DNA of 63,974 bases, filler included, from Malassezia furfur (lineage: Eukaryota): assembly GCA_052055015.1 (NCBI GenBank). It is 5 parts of 5 records of this genome, joined end to end, with 100 filler letters (N's around TTAATTAATTAA, not from the genome) between each part and the next. Parts side by side here need not be neighbours in the genome. Positions count along the whole stretch, not along the records: positions 41,897 to 55,741 come from JBQJIT010000299.1; positions 55,842 to 63,974 come from JBQJIT010000469.1; 3 more parts are not named here. The stretch is one strand, 5' to 3'. Positions 47,661 to 55,947 of this stretch are shown one piece after another. Below the pieces are notes generated by a model. The model saw only the letters and a list, made by a program, of their open reading frames with translations, was not told where the DNA came from and made no database searches. The position numbers and the translations under genes were made by a program. Each line of letters opens with the position of its first letter. Position 1 is the first letter of the stretch.

Positions 47661-48302
47661 GCAATTTTTGCCAACTTTGATTGGAAGTGCCCGTTCGAGC
47701 ACAGACTGGCGCTCTGCGGGGTTGGTGGAGTGGGTCCCTGCGTAGAGGTGGACACTGTTCATGGTTAGCTGATGAACTTTACTCGGTCGTCTTGACACGA
47801 CAATCACTTACTTGGGTCCGAACAGTACTCCATCGCCAATCGTGATCTCAGCGCAATCTAGAAAGGTTGCGTTGAAGTTACAATAGAAGGATCCCTCAAA
47901 CTTCACATTGTCGCCGTAGTCACTGTCGCCTGTCAGATCCCAGAAAATCGAACTCACATCCAAAGCGGAGGTTCGATTTCGATCTTCTCTTCTTGGCCAT
48001 TTTCCAGCTTGAAGATCTCGGCGATCAACTCTCTGCGATCGCTCCCGGTGATCTCGAGTTTGGGCTCTGCCATTTCAGGAAAGTTGGCCGGAGGAGACAA
48101 GTTAAAAGCGTGAACAAGCTTTCGGACGGTGATACGACGCTCCGTAAGTTCCTTGTCGGTAGGGTTGTAGGCAAGACCAAGCAACATCTGAGGTGTAAGT
48201 TTCGGAGCTCCTAGAAATTCTCACCTTTTGCCGCTCGGTCATTTGATCATACTGGTCTCCATACTTCTTGTCAGCCTCAGCATAACGTTGTTCGGCAGAC
48301 AT
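47425..48302 (-). CDS. Maltose/galactoside O-acetyltransferase (hexapeptide-repeat family), 7 exons
   Basis: Introns at 48188-48224, 47923-47957, 47755-47811, 47625-47655, 47581-47603, 47509-47546. Spliced product reads [87 protein letters not shown]. Confidence 0.92.
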
Positions 48303-48416
48303 TTTGGATACCAAAGCAACCTGGCAGGGGAGAGCGATCTACTAAGCGGGGTTCGCGTTGGGGCGCGTTTGGCGCGTAAATGGGGCTGGCGCGCATCCAC
48401 TATGCACGTGGATTTA

Positions 48417-50993
48417 CTACACTGCATACCTCCTATGAGCATTTTGGTAGTCGCGCCGGACTTCCTCGATGGCCGACGCACGATCGTCTGTAACCTTCGC
48501 CACCGTAGTAGTCATAGTCTGAAGTGCCGAAGGCGGCGTGTCGTTGGATAGAAGGGGTTTAGCGAGCGTGATTGGATTGCCAGCCCATTCGGCCAGGCGT
48601 TTGTCCATGTCCTTCAGATGAGACAGTGCTGGTGAGACGGCCTCCTTGCACTTCCGTGAGCTCATACCACATACCGACTCCTTCCGGCGCTCAGAAAGGG
48701 TCTCAACGATGCGCAAACCCTGCGCCGTCAGTCACCACACCTACCTCAATACCGATCCAGGCGGCATGCAATGCCGCGAAGCCATTCGCTGCTTTCTCCA
48801 CCAAGCAGACAATACCTGCGGTAAGGAACACCATCACGTACGCTGAAAGAAAGACTCCAACGAGGTAACGGGAATATCTGAGCCAGTTTTCTTGCCGTGC
48901 AAAGATCGTAAAAGGCAAACCAACGCTGTTTCGGCTTCCGTCAATTCATCGCCCAGCTCTTGGTGTGTGGGGGCCTCTACCTCCAGCACCGAGGCCAGGA
49001 CTTCCAGGAAGATCAAAATCCACGATGTCGCCCGTTTGGGACCGAGTGAAGTGGCACGTTGGATAGCGTCCCATTTGCTCCGATCGTAGCAAGGGATCAA
49101 CGTGTTGTCTCGCTGGTCACTGAAGCCCCCTTGGGCTGCAATATCCACCAGCCGTTGGATCGTTTTGATTGCCTGTTTCTTTTCGTGCCCTTCGAGGTCC
49201 CCCTGGATCAATTTGGCACGGATCAAGTCGAGTTCAACGAGAGCGCGGGTGCAAGACGTTTCGACCCGCTTCTCAAACTCGGAAAGATGCGCAATCTGCG
49301 AAAACTTGTTGTTCGAGAACGCTTGTCCAATGACATCTGGGACTTCAAACTGGCTCTGTGCGTAGAATTTCTTGAGATGGTCGGTGTACTGCTTGGCGTA
49401 GACTTTGTGGAGCGTCCCTCCAAAGGCCGTATTCCGATCCAAGCCGTAATGCGAAGCTGTGTCCCACTGCACTGCTTTTAAGCCCAAGGCGTCGAAATGA
49501 TCGGCGGCCAAGTCCAGGGCACCTAGTTGGAGCAGCAGGCGAATCAACAAAAGACGAATGTGATAGGCCTTGTTGCTCTCCGTCACGCCATACAATGCAA
49601 GACCAGTTGCACTGGGAATGGATTCCGTCGTATTCGAAGCCAACGTATCATAGGCAGCCAGGACGAGGAGGTCATCTCCCACTTGCATCTCGGTGGTTGG
49701 AAGCCGCACTTGGTCCAGCGACTGGGCATATTCGCGCAGCAGGTCCATGGTCTGTGTAATAGAGTCCTTGGTATCTCCCAGCAGGTAGCCAATCTTTCTC
49801 GCATTCACACACGTCCTCACTCCATTTTCCGACGCCAAGTTCAACTTGGTCCCCTTCACTTTTTCCATAAACGCGTGGCGTTCCGGCTCGGTTAAGCTGG
49901 TCAGGTAGGGATGCAGATCATCAAAGCAGGAGGCCCGCGAGCTGAACCGTGCGAAGAATTTGGTCATCAAGGGGACATAGCCCAGCCCATGTTTCGTCAA
50001 GGCCTGGTCGGGGAGTTTGGCATTACGCGAAAGCCGGAATGCCTCGAGGATGCCCAGCAACGAGCCCCTGTCCGCCCATTTGTCCTGCTCGCATGCAGAG
50101 ATCAGCACGCGGACATCGCCATCGGGCAGCGCTGGCGTCTCGACTTTCAGGGCTTCATGAACCAGCGTCTGTACGAACAAGGAAATGACGGCCCAATTGC
50201 GGTCCCCGTTCTGAATGCGAGAGCGACAATCGTTTAGGATCTGATTAAAGTCCCCGTTAGCCTCCCAAGCCTCGCGCAGCAGGAACTGGATGCTCAGGCT
50301 GTTCTCCACCAATCGCTTTGGCCCCGGTTCTTGCAGAAGTGCGAGCGCCGACTGGAATGGTTCCTTCCCCAACAGCATGTAGAAGCGCAGGTAGAGGAAC
50401 AAGGTTTCTTCTGTCAGCTGCGACACATCCACGGGGTGGTCCTGGATGAGGCGGTTGGCGACCTGCAGCGCCAGCGCCGACCCCGGCGGCTTCAGCGATT
50501 GGGACTGCGTCAGTGTCGTGCGACCTACATGAAGCACGGCCAGCTGGATGTACCGCCAGTAGCTCTGCTTGTCCTTTTTTGCCTTGAACTGCTTGAGCAC
50601 CTGCTGCTGTGCTCGCTGGTACATGCGCGCTTTCAGCAACGCGGTCAAAGCGTCCTCGGCCATGTCCTTGTCCTTGGGTTTGGCTTCGCTGGCAAGCACG
50701 TAGAGCTCGGCCAGTTTCTGGCCCATCCCCAGGCGTGGCATGACGATCGACAAGGGGGGCAGCACACTCGTGCTCACGTTGCCCTGAAGAACCTGCTCGA
50801 CCTGATTTTTGGCCTCGTCTTCTTGGCCCAGCTGGAGCAGCGCAATGGAGCGCAGCGCGCCGGCGAGCGGAAGCCAGCCTTTGCGCTGCACCTGGTCAGC
50901 CTTGGTCAGAGCCAAGGGATAGTTTCCCGTATCGAGCGCATTGTAAATATCGGAGCACCGGTACTGGTCCAACACGCTCCCACGAGTCGACAT
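48417..50993 (-). CDS. NAA25: NatB auxiliary subunit Naa25/Mdm20
   Basis: IYNALDTGNYPLAL, RNGDRNW, FSSRASCFDDL, LGLKAVQWDT, AFSNNKFSQI..F. Two short introns near 48.72-48.84 kb join the C-terminal exons. Confidence 0.85.
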
Positions 50994-51026
50994 GAGCAGA
51001 GACAAACTGAGGGTTCCTCCACCTGC

Positions 51027-52346
51027 ATGGATGACCAGCCGAGTGACACCTCGCTGTCCCTTCCGAGTCCGCGGCACCTCGCGGGGGCCGGCGCGGGTCC
51101 GGCATCGGTAGTAGACTCGCCCACCCTATCGATTCGCCAGCAGCAGGGGCGCACGCACCTCCCGGAGTGCAGCTCGCCCTTGTTTCTCGCGGACCGCACG
51201 TCGCCTTCCCCCGCACCGTCGCCGAAGCGACCGCGTCGCGCGCGCCTCACTGCCGAAGAACGCGAGAAGAGGCAAGCGGAGCGCGTGCGCGAGCTCGCAG
51301 AGCGGCAGCGATGGCGAGAAGCTAACCGGATCCGACAGCGGCGGTCGGACACTATGCGGGACTTGATTGTACGACTCGACGCCGAGGCCGCCCAGGGCCC
51401 TCTTGCGCCGGTCCTGCCCCAGCTCCGGGAAAAGTGGGAGGCAGACGGGGCTACGGTGTACATATCTACCCCCTCGCTCGTGCAGGCGCCGAAGCAGACG
51501 GGCGTCATTGTGTTTGAGCGTCGCGTACGGTCCGAGTATGATCCGGTTCAGAAGCTATGGACCCCACTGGACGAGGAGCAGATCCAGCGCGAATCCACCC
51601 GGCTGCACATTGTCGCGCCCGAGGCCCTGCAGGACCTGGTGCGCCGCGGAGGCCTCGCTGAGGCGCTTCTGCATGCGACACCACCGGCGCTGGGACCCAA
51701 CGTGCATGTAGAGACGCCGGTGCGGCACGTCTTGATGGTCCTGGGCCTCGATGCCTACCTCAAGCAGCTGCGCACCGCCCAGCACCGGGCCTATACAGAG
51801 CATGTGCGGCAACGGGTCCAGCAAGGCCAAAGCAGTACACGGCTGCAGCTCCCCAGCGAAGAAGATGCACGGACCGACATCGACCAGGCACTGCTTCGGC
51901 TGCAGATGCTGCACGCGTGCTACGTGGTCCAGATTCCTCAGGTACACGACGCGGTGGACCATCTGTATTCTATTGCCTGCGACGTGTCCATACGTCCGTA
52001 CAAGCTGCTCGAGGGCCGGCGCGAGGCCCCTGCGCGTGCGTCGCGCACCATCACGGGGCCATCCCACCTGGCCACGTTCCAAGCGATGCTCGAGCAGATT
52101 CCGCGGTGCACGCCGGCGGCCATTTATGCCATCACGGAACGATACCCCACCTTCCATTCGCTGATGGAGGCCTTTGCTTCGAAAACGCCGGAGGAAGGCG
52201 CGGCGTTGTTGAGCGCCCTCGAGGTACGTCGCCCACTCACCCAGTGCCGAAGCGGACGAAGCACACGGCGACTCGGCCCGCAACTCGCGCGGCGTATCTA
52301 TGAGGTGTTTACGAGCGAGCACGGCGAGGCAGCCATCGACGCATGA
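51027..52346 (+). CDS. EME1: Crossover junction endonuclease subunit Eme1/Mms4
   Basis: ERCC4-like domain (IDQALLRLQMLHAC, IRPYK) and HhH2 (MLEQIPRCTPAAIYAITERYPT..RRLGPQLARRIY). 21-nt in-frame intron at 52224-52244. Confidence 0.82.
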   Translation: MDDQPSDTSLSLPSPRHLAGAGAGPASVVDSPTLSIRQQQGRTHLPECSSPLFLADRTSPSPAPSPKRPRRARLTAEEREKRQAERVRELAERQRWREANRIRQRRSDTMRDLIVRLDAEAAQGPLAPVLPQLREKWEADGATVYISTPSLVQAPKQTGVIVFERRVRSEYDPVQKLWTPLDEEQIQRESTRLHIVAPEALQDLVRRGGLAEALLHATPPALGPNVHVETPVRHVLMVLGLDAYLKQLRTAQHRAYTEHVRQRVQQGQSSTRLQLPSEEDARTDIDQALLRLQMLHACYVVQIPQVHDAVDHLYSIACDVSIRPYKLLEGRREAPARASRTITGPSHLATFQAMLEQIPRCTPAAIYAITERYPTFHSLMEAFASKTPEEGAALLSALEVRRPLTQCRSGRSTRRLGPQLARRIYEVFTSEHGEAAIDA

Positions 52347-52347
52347 G

Positions 52348-53709
52348 CTACACGCTGGGCACTGGCGCCTCGCCCAGATGGAGGAACGAGGCGGGGTACC
52401 GCATACGAAACTGGACGGACGCCAGCGCGTCCTGTGCATCGCGCGCCATGCGCACGTCGGAAAAGAACGCCTGCGCACTGTCGAGCACCTGCCGGTCCTT
52501 GGCCGAGAAGCCGCTCTCGATCCGGTCGACGTAGGCGCCCTCGGTAAATAGGACGTGGGCGGGCGCCAGAGACGGCGCCTCCCAGCCGTACAAGTTCGAG
52601 ATCGACTCGTACAGTTCGTAGCGGAACGACTCGTACGACGTCTTGTGCGTCTGCCCGCGGTCGGTCCACGCACCACGCAGCTCGCGCGGCCACCCGCCGG
52701 AGAACATGGACGAGTTGAGCTTGACACGCTGCGACTCCTCTGATTCGTTCAGCACCGGGCCACTTCCGATCCAGCGGATGTCCAGCTGGAGGAGCCGCGA
52801 CGCGCCCATCTTTTCAAGCAACACGTCCTCGCCCTCGACACTGAGCTGCTGGAAGAAGGGCCGAAGGCGCGAGGCCATAATGTCGGTCGGGCGGTAGGAA
52901 AACTTGCGTGTGTCGTACCGGAGGTAGGTGACCCCCGGCGTCCAGTCCAGGTCCACGGCGTCCTGCGACAGGTCAATCTGCGTGTTGCCGTTCTGCACAA
53001 GGTAGGCATGCAGGAAGCTGCCCGGGCTCGTGCTGCCGACACACAACGGCTCCAGCACATCAATGGGCATAGGCAGCCCAGTGAGCTCGCTTTGGGGGTC
53101 GACGCCGGTGATGTGCAAGTACCGTAGCCGGCGCCGTAGCATCGGTACACGCTCCTTCCACGTCTGTGGCACGGCGTACGCACCGCGCGCCGCGTTCGCG
53201 TTGGGGTACGGCGGGAAGATGGTGCGCAGCAGACTCTCGTTCCCATTGTACATGAGCCGCAGGCTGATGGGCGATACCTTGTCGAGGCACGCGGAGAAGG
53301 CCTGCAGCTCGGCACTACCAAGTGACAGCGCGTCCAGATTCGGAAAGCAGGCGAGGAACTCGTGCTCGCTGACCATGCGCTGCCGGACGTCGGCGGGCAG
53401 TTCAGCGAGGGTGGTGAGTAGATCGGTGGACGGCGTTTCTGTGTTGACCTGCAGGATTCGGGTATACTGGGCCGGGTTTCCGCTCGGCACCGACACCATG
53501 CTCTGGGCCTCGTCCGCGGCCTGCACGGCGTACAAGAATTGCAAGAGGCACACGAGCGCCTCGATTGAGGTCAGGGAGATGGACCGCCAGCGCGCTTCCT
53601 TGGTGCAGTTGCATGCCAGCTTCGACACGTACGCCAGCGACCGTGCCGTGCGATGGTCTGCGTTGGCTGCACGCACGAAAATGCTACGAAGCAGTTCGGA
53701 CGGGAGCAT
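52348..53709 (-). CDS. Hypothetical protein with F-box-like N-terminus
   Basis: 453-aa ORF starting LPSELLRSIF. Otherwise unrecognised. Confidence 0.65.
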   Translation of the reverse strand: MLPSELLRSIFVRAANADHRTARSLAYVSKLACNCTKEARWRSISLTSIEALVCLLQFLYAVQAADEAQSMVSVPSGNPAQYTRILQVNTETPSTDLLTTLAELPADVRQRMVSEHEFLACFPNLDALSLGSAELQAFSACLDKVSPISLRLMYNGNESLLRTIFPPYPNANAARGAYAVPQTWKERVPMLRRRLRYLHITGVDPQSELTGLPMPIDVLEPLCVGSTSPGSFLHAYLVQNGNTQIDLSQDAVDLDWTPGVTYLRYDTRKFSYRPTDIMASRLRPFFQQLSVEGEDVLLEKMGASRLLQLDIRWIGSGPVLNESEESQRVKLNSSMFSGGWPRELRGAWTDRGQTHKTSYESFRYELYESISNLYGWEAPSLAPAHVLFTEGAYVDRIESGFSAKDRQVLDSAQAFFSDVRMARDAQDALASVQFRMRYPASFLHLGEAPVPSV

Positions 53710-53806
53710 GGTGCATGGTGGGTGTGGGGCGCCTCCGATAAGCGCACGGACGTGACCATCCCATGGAATTACATACGCACATGACCCAATGTACGGTGAT
53801 CGAAAT

Positions 53807-53905
53807 GGCAGGGTAGCAAAGTGGTCTAATGCAGCGGCCTTAAGCAGCCGAGTGTTTTACACTCGCGAGATCCGCCATTCGCGGGTTCGAACCCCGCCCT
53901 TGCCA
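53807..53905 (+). tRNA. tRNA-Leu(TAA) with probable 25-nt intron at 53845-53869 and atypically short variable loop
   Basis: Acceptor stem GGCAGGG/CCTTGCC-A, Leu-type D-loop AGTGGTCTAA, CT-TAA-G loop, T-arm GCGGG-TTCGAAC-CCCGC, downstream T-run. Confidence 0.8.
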
Positions 53906-53906
53906 T

Positions 53907-55613
53907 TTATTTTTCGCGGAGGTGCACGCCAATCGGGCCGTAGGCGTGTGCCTGGTGCAGGCGCAGTGCGCCGGCCGTGGCGAGGACGAGCAGGTGCCAC
54001 ACTGGTGAGCGACACACGTACGAGCGTTGGCCGCGTGGCGCGCAGGGTCCGTTGGCGCCACGAGCTGGTCCAAGGTGAGTCGCCGTGTCGCCGACGTCTG
54101 GCACAGCAGCCGCACGTACACGAGAAAGTCGTGCGTTTCCGGCTCGACCTGCGCTTCAGGCTCCTCTGAGACTGCATCAGCGTGCCACGCACCGTCAAAC
54201 CGCGCATCCTCGGAGCCTTGGCCCATCCACGACGGCACGAGCGACGACCGCGCACTGACCACCGGCGACGCCAAACGCGCACTGAGACTCGATTCGCGGG
54301 GTCTGGTGAGTCGACGGCGTACCTGCGGAGCTCGAACAGCTCGCGCGACAGGTCTGGTGAGGGCAGCGAGTAGGCGCCGTGCAGCACACTCGCGAAGCTC
54401 TCGTTCCCGTGCGTATCGCTGCGACTCGCGGGGCTCCGACCCATCACGGGCGCTGCGCCCAAATGGCTCCAGGGGTACACGGCCGGCGGCAGGTCGCCCT
54501 CGCTCCCATCCAGGGCACGGCCGACTTCGGGCGAGGGCGGCGGCGGCTCACTCGGCTCGAGCGGTGCCAGGTCCATCGGCTCGGCGTCGTGCGTCGCGCG
54601 CTGCTGCGCGGCCCATTCGTGCTTGCGCACCTGCGCACAGTGCCGAAAGTGGGACGCCAGCGACGCGAGGCGCTGCCCAACGGTGCGCTGCCACAGCGAC
54701 TCGCGGTGCGGACTCGTGAGGGCGCCTGAATCAGCCACGCACGTACACAACCACGCTATGGGTCCGTGCGGCGCCGCATCGGCGATCGTATAAAACGCCG
54801 GCTCGCGGCGCGGGGGGATGCACCGCCGTGCCCACTCCTCGGGCGTGTATCCAATGCGCCGGTCGTGACGACACGCCGCCCTCCGCTGGGCGGCTGCGTG
54901 CACGCACACGGCGCGGTAGTCGGCGTCCGGCGCGGCGGCCGGCACGGGCAGGCGGCTGAGGTCTGCGCGCGTCTGCGGCGTGCGGTCCGCAACAAAGTCG
55001 GCGGGGATGGGCACGTCGCGCGGCCCCTCGACCAGCAGGTCCAAGTCCATGGGCTCGCCGGGGTCCAGCGGGGCGTCCAGCTCCGTCGACGCCCACGACG
55101 TCTCGGCATGGTCCGTGCGAGGGGGCGTGGGCGACGGCGGGGTGCGGTGCGGCGCCAGGAGCGTGGCGCGTGCCGAGGTGCGGTGCACGGGGTCGTACAG
55201 GAGGGTGGCTATGTCGTCGAGCGTGTACGTATACGACGACACCGGGGGGGCTTTGCGCAAGAGGTGCCGCAGCTGCGCCTCGGTGGTGTGCACGTCTGGA
55301 GCCGCGCGGGGGCGCTGGAGGCGCTTCCACTCGCATGCAGTGCGGCGCACGTCGCGTGCCCATGCCTCGAGCTGCGCGTGAAAGATGCGTGCGGCGCCGA
55401 GCAGCACGAAACTCGTCTGGACGAGCATGCGGGGCGTGGTGGAGAGCTGGGCGGCGAGGCTGATGAGCCGGAGGCGTACCAGACCTGTGCGACATCCACG
55501 CTGAGGATGTGGCGCATCTTGAGGCGCACATGGCACGACGCCGTGCCGAGCGTTGCGGCGATCCTGTGTGAGCGGCCGCGCACGCACCACACACAGTCGG
55601 CACTCGAGGCCAT
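53907..55613 (-). CDS. REC8: Rad21/Rec8-family kleisin, probably meiotic Rec8
   Basis: Spliced N-terminus VWIAATLG..RLKMRHILSVDVAQVC..VLLGAARIF and C-terminus AANALWHLLVLATAGALRLHQAHAYGPI. Introns at 55564-55587 (24 nt) and 55460-55479, 54303-54322, 54002-54021 (20 nt each). Confidence 0.78.
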
Positions 55614-55741
55614 AGAGAGCAGCGTGGCGGCGTGGCATGATATACGTATCTATGGATGTGTCTAGGGCTCGTTGGTGCGGCTCGGCCCGGTGCCGTTGCG
55701 GCGTCGCCGGCCGCGGCGGCGGTGCGGCTCGGCCCGGTGCC

Positions 55742-55841
55742 NNNNNNNNNNNNNNNNNNNNNNNNNNNNNNNNNNNNNNNNNNNNTTAATTAATTAANNN
55801 NNNNNNNNNNNNNNNNNNNNNNNNNNNNNNNNNNNNNNNNN
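55742..55841. other. Artificial contig spacer
   Basis: N44-TTAATTAATTAA-N44. Confidence 0.98.
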
Positions 55842-55947
55842 GGGTGCGCGCGAGGCAGCGGACGGCGCGCCGGAACCGTCGGCGGCGGCAGGCAATGCCG
55901 GCGGGCGGCCGGCGGTGCGACGGTCGAAGCGGAGTCGTGCATAGCGT

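Noticed and set aside
53841..53843. UUA codon reassignment suggested by the odd tRNA
   Set aside because: The few TTA codons I checked fall at expected Leu positions (Brf1 SCLY, DUF202 TQLF), and A73/G37 fit Leu identity.
12037..55613. Apparent meiosis/mating cluster (MRE11, SMC4, PRM1, Mug154-like, EME1, REC8)
   Set aside because: The genes lie on different, artificially joined contigs; only EME1-REC8 and SMC4-PRM1-Mug154-like are truly linked.
55674..55741. 21-nt direct repeat GGTGCGGCTCGGCCCGGTGCC at the contig end
   Set aside because: Only two copies, cut by the gap; probably a low-complexity coding repeat that broke the assembly, not a CRISPR or terminal repeat.
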